Below are positions 1-12,325 of a stretch of 64,000 nt of DNA, one piece after another. The notes beneath the pieces are model-generated. The model made no database searches. It was given only the letters and a program-made list of their open reading frames with translations, and was not told where the DNA came from. The DNA comes from Sandaracinaceae bacterium. Lineage in GTDB: Bacteria > Myxococcota_A > Polyangia > Polyangiales > Houyiibacteriaceae. The stretch is taken from positions 80,760 to 144,759 of the forward strand of contig JACKEJ010000017.1 of assembly GCA_020633055.1 (NCBI GenBank), in the 5' to 3' direction. Every line of letters starts with the position of its first letter. Positions within the stretch are counted from its first letter, which is position 1. Made by a program: the position numbers and the translations under genes.

Positions 1-1
1 C

Positions 2-271
2 CCCGGCGCCTACCACCTCGAGGTGAGCTCCCCCGGGCTCGAGCGGCCGCTGGTCAAGCCGGCCGACTTCGAGCGCTTTGCCGGGCGTGAGGTGAGCGTC
101 CGCACGCTGGTGCCGCTCGAGGGCACCAAGCAACGTAAGTTCCAGGGCGATCTGAAGGGCTTCGCACGCTCCGAAGATGGCGCCGAGTTCGTCGAGCTGA
201 ACGTGAATGGATCGGAGCTACGTATCCCGTTCGATTCCATCACCCAAGCCCATCTGGTGTATCGGTTCTGA
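2..271 (+). CDS. rimP: Ribosome maturation factor RimP, C-terminal part (5' end outside the window)
   Basis: Frame open from the window edge. '[14 protein letters not shown]' is the typical RimP motif. Sits directly upstream of nusA as in the canonical operon. Confidence 0.8.
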   Translation, partial: PGAYHLEVSSPGLERPLVKPADFERFAGREVSVRTLVPLEGTKQRKFQGDLKGFARSEDGAEFVELNVNGSELRIPFDSITQAHLVYRF

Positions 272-297
272 GCCGCACGACGGCAGCAGGGAATGTC

Positions 298-1998
<1,701 letters not shown>

Positions 1999-2028
1999 GG
2001 CGCGGCCCTCGGCGGGCACGCGACACGG

Positions 2029-2640
2029 ATGACCCAGAGCGAAGCGAACGAGACCACCCAGACGCACCCCGAGAGGCTGTGCGTGGGCTGCCGGCAGAAA
2101 GCCGAGCGGCAGGACCTCGTGCGCTTCGCGTTGGGCCCCACGCCGCCCTACGTCGCACCTGATCCAGGGCGACGGCTCGGGGGCAAGGGGGTGTCCGTGC
2201 ACCCGACGCGTGGCTGTCTGGAGCGCGCCATCACGCGGGGCGGCTTCGCCCGCGCGGCACGGCAGCCGGTGCGCCTCGACCTGGAGGCGATCGCGGGGGC
2301 GCTCGCGTCGTTCGAGGAGCGCCGCGCCAACAGCCTCCTGATGGCAGCGCAGCGCCGTCGCGTGCTCGCCCTTGGGACCGATGCGGTGCGCGAAGCGATG
2401 CGCGCGGGTGGCATCACGTTGCTGGTCGTGGCACACGACGCCGCAGGACGAAGGTTCGAGATTGAGAAAGCCGCGGAGCGACTGGGCACCGCGTGCGTGG
2501 TGTTCGGTGACAAAGCGGCGCTCGGCGCGCTGTTTCGCAAGGATGAGGTGGGTGTGCTCGCCCTCCTCGATGCGGGTGTTTCTGCTGAGTTTTCTCAGGC
2601 GGCGGCGAGAATACGGGCACTCAGAGAGGACGAAGGTTAA
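2029..2640 (+). CDS. YlxR (DUF448)-like RNA-binding domain fused to an L7Ae/YlxQ-like domain
   Basis: N-terminal 'CVGCRQKAERQDLVRF' is the YlxR signature. The C-terminal half ('LALGTDAVREAMRAGGITLLVVAHDAAGR...') resembles L7Ae/YlxQ. Located between nusA and infB. Confidence 0.8.
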   Translation: MTQSEANETTQTHPERLCVGCRQKAERQDLVRFALGPTPPYVAPDPGRRLGGKGVSVHPTRGCLERAITRGGFARAARQPVRLDLEAIAGALASFEERRANSLLMAAQRRRVLALGTDAVREAMRAGGITLLVVAHDAAGRRFEIEKAAERLGTACVVFGDKAALGALFRKDEVGVLALLDAGVSAEFSQAAARIRALREDEG

Positions 2641-5373
2641 GTGCGAGTCTACGAAGTGGCGCGAGAGCTCGGGATCGACAACAAGGAGCTGATGCGGCGG
2701 ATTGCGACGCTCGGCATCCCCGTGAGCAACCACATGAGCGTCCTCGAGCAGTTCCAGGTGGAGCAGATCAAGCGCGCCGTGGAGAAAGAGAACGCCGGGA
2801 ACGTGGTGGAGGAGCGCATCCGTCCGACCGTCGTGCGTCGCAAGCGCAAGAAAGACGACGACGACGCGCCCGCCCCGGTCGCCGCCGCACCAGAGCCCGC
2901 CCCGGCCCCGGCGGCCCGTGTCGTCGGGCGCGCGTCCGCCCCTCCCGCCGCGCCGGCCGAGCCTGCGCGCGCGACGCCAGAGCCCGTGCGCGCTGCGGCC
3001 GAGCCCGCGCCTGCCAAGCCCGCGCCGGAGCCCGTGACGGTGCCTGCCACGGAGCCCAAGGCCAGCGCTCCTGCGGAGGCTGCGCCTGCGGCTCGTGAGG
3101 CAGACGTCCAGCCCGAGCCGGCGTCGGAGCCTGCGCAGCCTTCGGAAGCTGCCGCGCCGAAGGCCGAGCCCGCTGCGCCCGAGCCCGCTCCTCGCCCCGT
3201 GCCGCTCTCCGAGCTGCGCGCCGAGAGCGAGACGGTGGCAGTCAAGGTCCCCGCGCCCACCGCCGAGCAGCTGCGTGAGATGCGCGAAGAGCGCCCGTCG
3301 GTCGCGCCGGCGGACCCCTCCGAGCGCTTCGCGCACACGCATCTCCCGCCGGGAGTCACGCGTCGCGGGAACACGACGGCGGACCGCACGCTCACCGTGT
3401 CCGAGGAAAAGCGCCGCAAGATCGTGGCGCAGCATCAACAGACGCAGACCCAGACGCGCCGCAAGATCGTCAATCGGTCCAGCATCGGCCCCGCGGGTCG
3501 TCCGCCGGCGCGCCCGCAGCGCCGCCCGAAGGGTGGCCCCGCCGGCACGATCAAGCGCATGCGTCCCCTCGAGGCGACGGTGCCTGGCGCCCAGAAGCGC
3601 ATCATCCGCATCGAGGACCAGGTCCAGCTCCAGACGCTCGCCCAGCGCATGAGCCTGAAGGCCACGGACGTGCTGATGGAGCTCATCCAGCAGGGCGTCA
3701 CCAACGTGCACATCAACAGCACGCTGGACGCGGACACCGCCACGCTGCTCGCCTCCGTGTTCAACTACGAGGTCGAGAACGTGGCGCGCACCGAAGACGA
3801 GATCGTCGGTGACGCCCGCGGCGACTTCGAGAACCTCGAAGAGGACCGCCTGCTGCGCGCTCCGGTCGTGACCGTCATGGGCCACGTCGACCACGGTAAG
3901 ACCTCGCTGCTGGACAAGATCCGCAACGCGTCGGTGGCTGCTGGCGAAGCGGGCGGCATCACGCAGCACATCGGGGCGTACCGCGTCGGCGTGCAGCTGG
4001 ACGGAGAGACCCGCACCATCGTCTTCCTGGACACGCCGGGTCACGAGGCGTTCACCGCCATGCGCGCCCGTGGCGCGGACGCCACGGACGTCGTCATCCT
4101 CGTGGTGGCCGCGGACGACGGAATCATGCCGCAGACGCGTGAGGCGATCACCCACGCGAAGTCCGCTCAGGTCCCGATCGTGGTGGCACTCAACAAGTGC
4201 GACCGTGAGGACGCGCAGCCCGAGCGTGTGAAGCACGAGCTGGCTTCGCTGGGCCTCCAGCCGGAGGAGTGGGGTGGCGACACCATCTACGTCGAGACCA
4301 GCGCGCACACCGGTCTCGGCATCGAGAAGCTGCTCGAGTCCGTGCTGCTCCAGGCAGAGATCCTCGACCTGCAGTCGAACCCGAACATCCCCGCCGAGGG
4401 CGTCGTGCTCGAGGCCAAGCTCGACCGCGGTCGCGGGCCGGTGGCCAACGTGCTGGTGCGCGACGGAACGCTGAAGCCCGGCGACTACGTCGTCGCAGGT
4501 CAGGCCTGGGGCCGCGTACGCGCCATGATGGACGAGCGCGGCAGCGTGGTGAAGGTCGCTGGGCCCGCCACGCCCGTCGAGATCCTCGGTCTGCAGGACC
4601 TTCCGTCGGCTGGTGACATGATCTACCAGGTCAAGAACCAGAAGAAGGCCGCCGAGGTCGCCGAGTCCTACAAGAAGGCTGGCGGCAAGCCCGTCCAGGG
4701 CCCGATGTCCGGCGCGCGTGGGCTCGAAGAGTTCCAGAAGATGATGAACAGCGGCGACGTCGAGGAGCTGCGCTTGGTCGTGAAGGCCGACGTGCAGGGC
4801 TCGCTCGAGGCGCTCAAGAAGTCCTTGGCCGCGCTCAGCACCGAGAAGGTCAAGGTCAACATCATCCTGAGCGGCGTCGGTGGCATCACCGAGAACGACA
4901 TCATGCTGGCGAGCGGCTCCAACGCGCTGGTGATCGGCTTCAATGTGCGCCCCCAGGGCAAGGGCACGGCCATCGCCAAGAAGGAGAACGTCGACGTCCG
5001 CAACTACTCGATCATCTACGAGGCGCTGGACGATGTGCGCGCGGCGATGCGCAAGCTTCTGGCCCCGACGTACATCGAGAAGGAGCTGGGCAAGGCGCAG
5101 GTGCGCATGGTCTTCAGCATCCCGAAGGCTGGCACCATCGCGGGCTCCATGGTCACCGACGGAAAGATCCTTCGCAGCGGCAAGGCGCGCCTGCTCCGCA
5201 ATGGGGAGGTGCTCTTCCGTGGCGACGTCGCCTCGCTGCGTCGTCACAAGGACGACGTGAAGGAAGTCGGCACGGGTTTCGAGTGCGGAATCGGGCTGGC
5301 CGGCTTCAACGACATGGCCGAGGGCGACATCATCGAGGCCTACGAGCTGATCCAGGTCGAGGCGACCCTCTGA
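2641..5373 (+). CDS. infB: Translation initiation factor IF-2 (910 aa; Ala/Pro-rich N-terminal low-complexity region)
   Basis: GTG start directly after the TAA at 2638-2640. G-domain motifs '[12 protein letters not shown]', 'DTPGHEAF', 'NKCD'. Full-length similarity to IF-2. Confidence 0.97.
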   Translation: MRVYEVARELGIDNKELMRRIATLGIPVSNHMSVLEQFQVEQIKRAVEKENAGNVVEERIRPTVVRRKRKKDDDDAPAPVAAAPEPAPAPAARVVGRASAPPAAPAEPARATPEPVRAAAEPAPAKPAPEPVTVPATEPKASAPAEAAPAAREADVQPEPASEPAQPSEAAAPKAEPAAPEPAPRPVPLSELRAESETVAVKVPAPTAEQLREMREERPSVAPADPSERFAHTHLPPGVTRRGNTTADRTLTVSEEKRRKIVAQHQQTQTQTRRKIVNRSSIGPAGRPPARPQRRPKGGPAGTIKRMRPLEATVPGAQKRIIRIEDQVQLQTLAQRMSLKATDVLMELIQQGVTNVHINSTLDADTATLLASVFNYEVENVARTEDEIVGDARGDFENLEEDRLLRAPVVTVMGHVDHGKTSLLDKIRNASVAAGEAGGITQHIGAYRVGVQLDGETRTIVFLDTPGHEAFTAMRARGADATDVVILVVAADDGIMPQTREAITHAKSAQVPIVVALNKCDREDAQPERVKHELASLGLQPEEWGGDTIYVETSAHTGLGIEKLLESVLLQAEILDLQSNPNIPAEGVVLEAKLDRGRGPVANVLVRDGTLKPGDYVVAGQAWGRVRAMMDERGSVVKVAGPATPVEILGLQDLPSAGDMIYQVKNQKKAAEVAESYKKAGGKPVQGPMSGARGLEEFQKMMNSGDVEELRLVVKADVQGSLEALKKSLAALSTEKVKVNIILSGVGGITENDIMLASGSNALVIGFNVRPQGKGTAIAKKENVDVRNYSIIYEALDDVRAAMRKLLAPTYIEKELGKAQVRMVFSIPKAGTIAGSMVTDGKILRSGKARLLRNGEVLFRGDVASLRRHKDDVKEVGTGFECGIGLAGFNDMAEGDIIEAYELIQVEATL

Positions 5374-5435
5374 GCGTGCGCCGGCCCGAGGCTTTGCATC
5401 TCGGGCCGGAGCGCCACACCCTTTGAGACAAGGCG

Positions 5436-5888
5436 ATGCCACGAGTCGAGCAGAAACGCAGTGTACGCGTGGCCGAGCGCGTCCGCGCCGAGGTGATGGA
5501 CCTCCTGCTCCGTGGCGCCATCCGCGACCCGCGCGTGCGGGACGTGTTGGTCTCCGAGGTGCGCGTGACGGACGATCTCGGGCACGCCCGCGTGTACGTG
5601 CGCACGCTGCAGCCCGCGGACACGGCCCGGCGCGCCGCCGTCGTGAAGGGGCTGGAGCACGCTGCGGGCTACATCCGACGCGAGGTGGGGGCCAAGCTGG
5701 GGCTGCGGTACACGCCCGCGTTTCAGTTCTTCTGGGACGAGGTCGTCGACTCGGCGCTGCAGATAGAGACCGTGCTGGCGGAGATTCGCGCGGACGCCGA
5801 GCAGGATCAGGCACGGGCCGTCGCAGGCGGCGCGGACGCTGACGAGCACGATGCTCCGACCGACGACGACGGCGAGGGGGACGCGTGA
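5436..5888 (+). CDS. rbfA: Ribosome-binding factor A
   Basis: 'RVAERVRAEVMDLL...DPRV', about 150 aa. Follows infB as in the conserved operon. Confidence 0.9.
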   Translation: MPRVEQKRSVRVAERVRAEVMDLLLRGAIRDPRVRDVLVSEVRVTDDLGHARVYVRTLQPADTARRAAVVKGLEHAAGYIRREVGAKLGLRYTPAFQFFWDEVVDSALQIETVLAEIRADAEQDQARAVAGGADADEHDAPTDDDGEGDA

Positions 5889-6898
5889 AGGGCATCGACG
5901 AGGCGGTGCGGCAGGTCCGTGAGGGCCAGCGCTTCCTCGTGGCCTGCCATCGCCGCCCGGACGCGGACGCGTTCGGCAGCGCCGTGGGGTTCTCGGCCGT
6001 GCTGCAGCAGCTGGGCAAGGACGTGACCCTCTACGTCCCGGACGAGCTGTCCGTCACGCTGCACTACCTGGTGGGCCTCGTGCCGCACGTGCGGGAGCTG
6101 CCCGAGGGGGCCACGTTCGACGCTTGCTGGGTGATGGACACGGCTGCAAAGTCGCTCCTGCCGGACGGCCTGCCAGACCGCAGCGTGCGCGGCCCGCTGA
6201 TCGTGGTGGATCACCACGCGGCCCACGACGACGTGGGCGACCTCAAGCTGCGCGACACGGACGCGTGTTCCACGGGTGAGGTCATCGCCACGCTGGCGCG
6301 CAAGCTGGGCGTGTGGCCGCTGCCTCGCGCCGCCGCTTCTCCGCTCTACGCGGCCATCGTGGCGGACACCGGGGGCTTCCGCTACCCCGCGACGAAGCCG
6401 TGCACGCTGCGCCTCGGGGCAGAGCTGCTGGAGGCGGGAGCCGACCCCTGGGAGGCCGCGTACGAGCTCTTCGAGGGCTGGGAGGAGGCCCGCATGAAGC
6501 TGTTGGCCTCCATACTGGACACCCTCGAGCTGACCGAGTGCGGACGCGTGGCGGTGCTGCGTGTGACGCGCGCGATGCTGGCCGAGGTGGGCGCCAACGA
6601 CGACATGGTCGAGGGCATGGTGAACTACGGCCGCATGCTGCGCGGTGTGGAGGTGGCTGCGCTGCTCTGGGAGTGGCCCCGCACGCCTGGTGCCGACGGC
6701 GCGGTCGACGACGGGTACGACACGAAGATCAGCCTGCGCTCTCGCGGCAGCGCAGACATCAGCCTGATCGCCGTGGCCCTGGGCGGCGGCGGGCATCGCA
6801 ACGCGGCTGGGGCCCAGTGCAGCGAGGACCTCGAGACGGTGCGGGTTCGGGTGCTGCGCGAGGCCGTCGCGCTGCTCGGACCTTGTGCGCGTGGCTGA
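5885..6898 (+). CDS. DHH/DHHA1-family phosphoesterase (NrnA-like oligoribonuclease/pAp phosphatase)
   Basis: 'HRRPDADAFGS', 'VVDHH' and 'GGGGHRNAAG' (DHHA1 GGGH motif). GTGA overlap with the rbfA stop. Confidence 0.85.
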   Translation: MKGIDEAVRQVREGQRFLVACHRRPDADAFGSAVGFSAVLQQLGKDVTLYVPDELSVTLHYLVGLVPHVRELPEGATFDACWVMDTAAKSLLPDGLPDRSVRGPLIVVDHHAAHDDVGDLKLRDTDACSTGEVIATLARKLGVWPLPRAAASPLYAAIVADTGGFRYPATKPCTLRLGAELLEAGADPWEAAYELFEGWEEARMKLLASILDTLELTECGRVAVLRVTRAMLAEVGANDDMVEGMVNYGRMLRGVEVAALLWEWPRTPGADGAVDDGYDTKISLRSRGSADISLIAVALGGGGHRNAAGAQCSEDLETVRVRVLREAVALLGPCARG

Positions 6899-6904
6899 GC
6901 GGGC

Positions 6905-7915
6905 ATGAGCAAAAAGCCAAGGCCCCCCAAGACGTCCCCCGTGAACGGGCTCCTGGTGGTCGACAAGCCTGTGGGTCCCACGTCGCACGACGTGGTGCAG
7001 TGGGCGCGGCGCGTGCTCGGGACGTCCCAAGTGGGGCACACCGGCACGCTGGATCCCATGGCCACGGGCGTGCTGGTGCTCGGGGTGGGGCAGGGCACCA
7101 AGCTGATGGCGCACCTGGGCGCGGAGGACAAGCGCTACGAGGCCGTGCTGCGCTTGGGGCGCGGCACGTCCACGCTCGACGCCGAGGGCGAAGTGACCGC
7201 GCGTGCTCCCGTTCCCGCTGGTCTCGACCTCGCGCGCGTGCGGGAAGTGGCGGCAGGGTTCGTGGGCGAGCACTCCCAGCAAGCCCCCGCGGTGAGCGCG
7301 ATCAAGATCGGCGGTCGGGCCCTGCACGAGCGGGCGCGTGCCGGTGAGGTGGTGGACGCCCCGTTTCGCGACGTGGTGTGTCACGCGCTCGAGGTGCGGG
7401 ACGTCGCGCAGGTCGCGGACGACCCGGATGGCGCCGTGGACGTCTCGCTCGCGCTGCACACGGGCAAGGGCTACTACGTGCGCTCGCTGGGCCGTGACCT
7501 GGCGCGCGCGCTGGGCACGGAGGGGCACCTCGTGGCGCTGCGGCGCACCCGCAATGGTCACTTCGACGCCGACATGGCGCTCGACGGGCGCTTGCTGGCG
7601 GGCATGCACGACGACGCCTGCCGCGCAGCCACACGGGCGGCGCTGTTGCCCCTCCCGCGCGCCGTCGCGTCGCTGGGCACGCTGCAGGTCGACGAGCACG
7701 CCGTCTTGGAGTTGCGCTTCGGGCGCGCCCTGCCGCTCGACGCGCTCGCGCCCGTCCGGTCGTGGGACGAGGTCCCGGCTGGGCCCGTGTTCGCGCTGTT
7801 GGGCCCCGACGGCCAGTTGGTCGCCCTCGTCGAGCGACGGGACGAGCGGCTGCACGTCGTGCGAGGCTTCCCGCCGAGCCCCCCGGAGACCCCATGGAAC
7901 ACGTCGAGTACTTGA
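6905..7915 (+). CDS. truB: tRNA pseudouridine(55) synthase TruB
   Basis: '[17 protein letters not shown]' and '[18 protein letters not shown]' (catalytic Asp motif). Operon position after rbfA. Confidence 0.93.
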   Translation: MSKKPRPPKTSPVNGLLVVDKPVGPTSHDVVQWARRVLGTSQVGHTGTLDPMATGVLVLGVGQGTKLMAHLGAEDKRYEAVLRLGRGTSTLDAEGEVTARAPVPAGLDLARVREVAAGFVGEHSQQAPAVSAIKIGGRALHERARAGEVVDAPFRDVVCHALEVRDVAQVADDPDGAVDVSLALHTGKGYYVRSLGRDLARALGTEGHLVALRRTRNGHFDADMALDGRLLAGMHDDACRAATRAALLPLPRAVASLGTLQVDEHAVLELRFGRALPLDALAPVRSWDEVPAGPVFALLGPDGQLVALVERRDERLHVVRGFPPSPPETPWNTSST

Positions 7916-9156
7916 TCGTAGGCGCCGGTATGAGCGGTCTGGCCGTGGCCGACCGCTTGGGGCGCGAGCGCAGCTACCTGGTGCTCGAGGCCGACGGTGA
8001 GGTCGGGGGTTACTGCAAGACCGTCCGGCAGGATGGCTTCGTGTGGGACTACTCCGGCCACTTCTTCCACTTTCGTCACCCCGCCATCGAGGCCGAGCTG
8101 ACGGCCCGCATGCGCGAGCAGCGCATCCTCAAGGTGGTCAAGGACAGCCGCATCTACTACGCGGGCGAGATGGTGGACTTCCCGTTCCAGAAGAACATCC
8201 ACCAGCTCCCACGTGACGAGTTCCTCGAGTGCCTGCACGACCTGTACTTTCGCAAGGACGCGGCCCCCACCAACTTCCTCGAGATGCTCTACGCCAAGTT
8301 CGGGCGCGGCATCTCGGAGAAGTTCCTCATCCCCTACAACGAGAAGCTCTACGCGACCGACCTCGGGACCCTGGACGTCGACGCGATGGGGCGCTTCTTC
8401 CCGCACGCCTCGCTCGACGAGATCATCGCTGGCTTCTTGAAGCGCGACAACGACAGCTACAACGCGACCTTCACGTATCCCGAGGGTGGGGCCATCCAGT
8501 ACGTGCACGCGCTGATGAGCGGCGTCGACGAGGCGCGCGTGGCGTTGAACGAGCGGTTGATCTCCATCGATCTGGAGGAGCGTATCGCTACGACCAGCAA
8601 GCGCCGCATCCGCTTCGAGCAGCTGGTCAGCTCGGCGCCGTTCGATGTGCTGCTGCGCGCCGCCGCCGTGCCCTTCGATGCGAGCGTGTACTCGTGCAAC
8701 AAGGTGGAGGTGTGGAACCTGGGCTTCGACCGCAAGGGGCCCGAGGCGTACCACTGGGTGTACTTCCCACAGCGCGACGTGTCGTTCTACCGCGTGGGCT
8801 TCTACGACAACATCTTCGGGTCGGACCGCATGTCGCTCTACGTCGAGCGTGGGCGCAAGACGGACGAGGTCGTGGACGACGCCATAGCGGAGGAGAGCCT
8901 CGCGACGGTGCTGGCCGACCTCGCGCGCGTGGGGTTCGTGACCGATCACCAGCTGGTGTCGAAGCACCACGTCGTCATGAACCCCGCGTACGTACACATC
9001 ACGGTCGACTCGCTGCGCGACGTCGCCGAGAAGAAGGCGCTGCTACGCCAGCACGGGGTGCACAGCATCGGGCGCTACGGCTCGTGGACGTACTGCTCCA
9101 TCGAGGACAACATCGTGGAGGCGCGCGCGCTGGTGGACGAGCTGGTCGGCGGGTGA
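7894..9156 (+). CDS. FAD/NAD(P)-binding oxidoreductase (amine-oxidase / UDP-galactopyranose-mutase-like fold)
   Basis: Internal ATG at 7894 gives '[22 protein letters not shown]' (GxGxxG Rossmann fold), then 'GGYC...DYSGHFFHF'. The upstream part of ORF 7762.. overlaps truB and looks non-coding. Confidence 0.8.
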   Translation: MEHVEYLIVGAGMSGLAVADRLGRERSYLVLEADGEVGGYCKTVRQDGFVWDYSGHFFHFRHPAIEAELTARMREQRILKVVKDSRIYYAGEMVDFPFQKNIHQLPRDEFLECLHDLYFRKDAAPTNFLEMLYAKFGRGISEKFLIPYNEKLYATDLGTLDVDAMGRFFPHASLDEIIAGFLKRDNDSYNATFTYPEGGAIQYVHALMSGVDEARVALNERLISIDLEERIATTSKRRIRFEQLVSSAPFDVLLRAAAVPFDASVYSCNKVEVWNLGFDRKGPEAYHWVYFPQRDVSFYRVGFYDNIFGSDRMSLYVERGRKTDEVVDDAIAEESLATVLADLARVGFVTDHQLVSKHHVVMNPAYVHITVDSLRDVAEKKALLRQHGVHSIGRYGSWTYCSIEDNIVEARALVDELVGG

Positions 9157-9389
9157 CACGCAGCCTGCCTTGGTGCGGCGCCCGAGCTCCACGTGTCGGC
9201 TGGCCCTGGCGCCTGCGCGGCTCTCCGGCGAGTCAGCGCGTGGGGGCGGAGTTGCACAGGCCGCGCGTGTCCCGCTACGTTGACCCCATGCGTCGCCTGA
9301 CCGAGCTCATCTGACGTCTTCCCAAGCGGGCGGGGCTCACCCTCGCTTCACTCCTGCTGTTCGTCGACCTCCTCGACGAGACGGCCGGG

Positions 9390-10547
9390 GTGACGTTCGT
9401 CGCCGTGCCCGAGCTGGAGCGCGACCTCGGGATGTCCACCAGCACGGCTCTGCTGCTGCTGTTCACGCTGCCTGGCGCAGTCGCGAGCCTCGCGGAGCCT
9501 CCGCTGCTCCTCTGGGCCGACCGCCACCCGCGCCTGCGAAGGCGGCTCGTGACGGGTGGGCTCGCGCTGATGGGCGCGGGGCTCGGGCTGGCCGCGATCG
9601 CTCCGACACCATGGGCGCTGGGGCTCGCGATGACGCTCATGTTCATCGGCAACGGGCTGGGCGTGAACCTGGCGCAGGCCACGCTCATGGACCTCTGGCC
9701 CGCGCGCCGGGAGCAGCTCATGACGCGCTGGGTGCTGATGGGCACGCTCGGGGACGTCTGCGCCCCGCTGCTGTTGGCGGTCATCGCGCTCTTGGGTGGC
9801 GGCTGGCGCGTTGCGCTCGGCTGCGTGGCAGGCATGTGCATGGTGCACGCGCTGTGGTTGGCCTCCCGGCCGTTCGAGGCGCCCACGGACGCGGTCGCTC
9901 ACCCGCGCGGTGAGCCCCTCGATGAAGCGCGCCACGGTGAGGGGGATGGGGGCCACGACGACGACCTGTCGATGATCGACGTGCTGCGCATGGGGCTCCG
10001 GAACCGCGCGTTGCTCCCTTGGCTGTGTGCGGTGGCGATGTGTGGTCTGCTCGACGAAGTCTTCGTCGCGGTGGCTTCGGTGTGGCTCGAGCAGGCCTAC
10101 CACGCGTCGCTGGCTCAGCGCGGCTTCGTGCTCGGGCTCGCCACGTTCGGCGGTGTGCTGGGCCTCGTGGTGCTCGACCGCGCGCTCGCGCGAGGCGTCG
10201 ATCCACGCCGTTGGCTGACGTTCACCGCCGCGGCGTCGGGCGTCGGGCTCGTCGTGTGGCTGGCCGCGCCGACGCTCGCTTGGAGTGCCGCGGGCCTGTT
10301 TCTCCTGGAGGCGCTGGTCGCGCAGCTGTACCCGCTGGTCCAGGCCCAGGCTTTCCGCGCGCACGACCGTGCTGTGGTGGTGGAGGCGCTGCAGGGGCTG
10401 TTCGCGCCGATCGACTTCCTGCTTCCGCTGGCCATCGGCTTCGTCGCGGACCGCGTGGGAGTGGTCTCCGCGCTGCTGCTGCTCGGACTGCAGACGGTGG
10501 GCATCGTCGTGATCGCTCGTCGGCGTGCACTGGCCCCCGGTCCGTAG
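9390..10547 (+). CDS. MFS transporter. The N-terminus appears incomplete from the first canonical start (see findings).
   Basis: Repeated hydrophobic helices and the MFS-like loop 'LWADRHPRLRRRLV'. TM1-like sequence continues in frame upstream of the GTG as far as an in-frame TGA at 9312-9314. Confidence 0.7.
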   Translation: MTFVAVPELERDLGMSTSTALLLLFTLPGAVASLAEPPLLLWADRHPRLRRRLVTGGLALMGAGLGLAAIAPTPWALGLAMTLMFIGNGLGVNLAQATLMDLWPARREQLMTRWVLMGTLGDVCAPLLLAVIALLGGGWRVALGCVAGMCMVHALWLASRPFEAPTDAVAHPRGEPLDEARHGEGDGGHDDDLSMIDVLRMGLRNRALLPWLCAVAMCGLLDEVFVAVASVWLEQAYHASLAQRGFVLGLATFGGVLGLVVLDRALARGVDPRRWLTFTAAASGVGLVVWLAAPTLAWSAAGLFLLEALVAQLYPLVQAQAFRAHDRAVVVEALQGLFAPIDFLLPLAIGFVADRVGVVSALLLLGLQTVGIVVIARRRALAPGP

Positions 10548-10580
10548 CCAGACCACGGCGTCGTTGGGGGCGCTCGTCGC

Positions 10581-10817
10581 CTATCGATTGTTGAACGTGT
10601 ACGACGAGGCGAATGCGTCGAGGGCGTTCGTGGGCACGCGCGGATAGCGTCGACGGAAGTCGGCGATCGCCAAGCGCCCCATCTCCTGGATCCCGTTCGC
10701 CACGAGGTTCGCGTCGACCACCATGTCTCCTACGGTTTGCAGCTGAGCGTCCGATAGTCGATCGATGGTGCACATCGCGGTCAGCCCTTTCTCGTTCGCT
10801 CCAGTGGCAGGCACCAC
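10581..10817 (-). CDS. Small hypothetical protein (64-78 aa)
   Basis: ORF only, with GC3-biased codons in a locally lower-GC stretch. No recognisable motif. Possible start at 'MCTIDRL' (10775). Confidence 0.35.
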   Translation of the reverse strand: MVPATGANEKGLTAMCTIDRLSDAQLQTVGDMVVDANLVANGIQEMGRLAIADFRRRYPRVPTNALDAFASSYTFNNR

Positions 10818-10856
10818 GAGTTTGCGTCGCGAAATGAAAACGCGCTACGTGTGTTG

Positions 10857-11615
10857 CTACTCGGCGAACGGGGCTTGCCGCACCTTCATCGCGAACCCGA
10901 GCCGCGCGTGCCCGCGAAAGTGGCAGCCCGGCTTGTGCGCCACCTCGGTCTCGAGGCGCTGCGCGAAGGCCTCCTTCATGGCGTGTCTCGGCCATGCTTC
11001 GACGATGGCGCGGCGCGTGGCCGCCGATACGTCTTCCGCGTGGAACCCGATCACGTCGAGGCCCGCGCCGAAGTGGACCAGCGCGACCTCGGGCTCGCGC
11101 TTGTCGGCGATGCCCACGGACGTGTGGAGCGCGATGGCCTCGTGCACGAGCGCGGCGCGCGTCTGGTCCATGCCTGCGTCGAGGGCGATGTCGTGCGCCT
11201 TGCGTGCACCCTCGAGCTCGAACGACTCTGGTCCGTCGTGGCCGGGGGCCAGCGCCAGGTCGTGCAGCACCGAGGCGACGTAGAGCACCTCGCGGTCCGC
11301 GCGCAGGCCGAGGTGCTCGCCGATGGCGAGGCCGAAGAGGTAGGTGCGCACCGAGTGGTTGAACATGTACGCGGGTTCGGCGGCGCGCGCGATCTCGGTG
11401 GCCTGCTGCGCGATGGCCGAGTCGGGCACGCCGAGCGCGGCCAGCTCGATGTCCTGCGGGCGCCGAAAGCCGAGGGCGCGCTGCGTGCGTCGACCGAGGG
11501 CGGCGAGCTCGGCGCGCGCGAACCGCGTGGCGAGGAGCGCGATGGGCGGGGGTGGGAGGTCATGCGTGAGCGTTTGGTCCCGGGCGGTGATGTTTTTGTA
11601 CTGCATCGCAAACAA
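10857..11615 (-). CDS. HD-domain metal-dependent phosphohydrolase-like protein
   Basis: 'HSVRTYLFG...' followed by 'VLHDLAL' (H...HD pattern). 252 aa, divergent from a TetR regulator. Confidence 0.7.
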   Translation of the reverse strand: MFAMQYKNITARDQTLTHDLPPPPIALLATRFARAELAALGRRTQRALGFRRPQDIELAALGVPDSAIAQQATEIARAAEPAYMFNHSVRTYLFGLAIGEHLGLRADREVLYVASVLHDLALAPGHDGPESFELEGARKAHDIALDAGMDQTRAALVHEAIALHTSVGIADKREPEVALVHFGAGLDVIGFHAEDVSAATRRAIVEAWPRHAMKEAFAQRLETEVAHKPGCHFRGHARLGFAMKVRQAPFAE

Positions 11616-11639
11616 TTAGCGCGGTGGCGGTTTGTTTGC
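11608..11639. promoter_or_regulatory. Inverted repeat GCAAACAA-N16-TTGTTTGC in the HD/TetR divergent region, a candidate TetR operator
   Basis: Perfect 8-bp arms read directly from the sequence (11608-11615 and 11632-11639). It overlaps the first codons of the HD gene and lies 15 bp upstream of the TetR ATG. Confidence 0.4.
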
Positions 11640-11653
11640 AAGTTGATACAATA

Positions 11654-12289
11654 ATGCCGATGACGACCCGCCCGCGAGGACGCCCCCGCAGCTACGATCC
11701 GGACGCCGCCCTCGACGCGGCGCTGAACCTCTTCTGGTCGCGGGGCTTCGCGGGCACCACGCTCGACGCCCTCAGCGACGTGACGGGCATGAAGCGCCCC
11801 AGCCTCTACGCCGCGTTTGGCGACAAGGGTGCCTTGTTCGAGACGGTCATCGCGCGCTTCACGGCCGAGATGGCGGAGCGGGCCGCGGCCGCGCTGGCGC
11901 TGTCTCGCGTCGACGATGCCCTCGAGGCGCTCGCGCTGTCGTTCGTGGACATGTACGCGCCGGCGAGCGGGCCGTCGCGCGGCTGCCTGGTGTTCTCGGT
12001 CGCGTCGCTCGAGGCCGCGGAGGACGAGCGCCTGCGGCAGGTGGTGGGGGACACGATCGAGCGGCTGGACGGCGCGCTGCGGGAGCGCCTGGACGCCGCG
12101 GTGAGCGCAGGCGAACTCCCGGCGGGCACGGACACGGACACGCTGGCGCGTTGCCTCTCGTCACAACTCCACAGCCTGTCGCTCCGCGGTCGGGCTGGCG
12201 GGACTCGGCGTGCGCTCCGCAAGCTGGCGCGCGGGGCCGTGACGCTGCTGCTGTGCGGCGCGCGCGCGTCCGGTGCCCGAGGGGCCTGA
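11654..12289 (+). CDS. TetR/AcrR-family transcriptional regulator
   Basis: ATG at 11654. 'ALDAALNLFWSRGFAGTTLDALSDVTGMKRPSLYAAFGDKGALF' is the classical TetR HTH. Confidence 0.9.
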   Translation: MPMTTRPRGRPRSYDPDAALDAALNLFWSRGFAGTTLDALSDVTGMKRPSLYAAFGDKGALFETVIARFTAEMAERAAAALALSRVDDALEALALSFVDMYAPASGPSRGCLVFSVASLEAAEDERLRQVVGDTIERLDGALRERLDAAVSAGELPAGTDTDTLARCLSSQLHSLSLRGRAGGTRRALRKLARGAVTLLLCGARASGARGA

Positions 12290-12325
12290 CGGGAGGCATC
12301 ATGCCCGCGAGCGAAGGCGTCCCCC

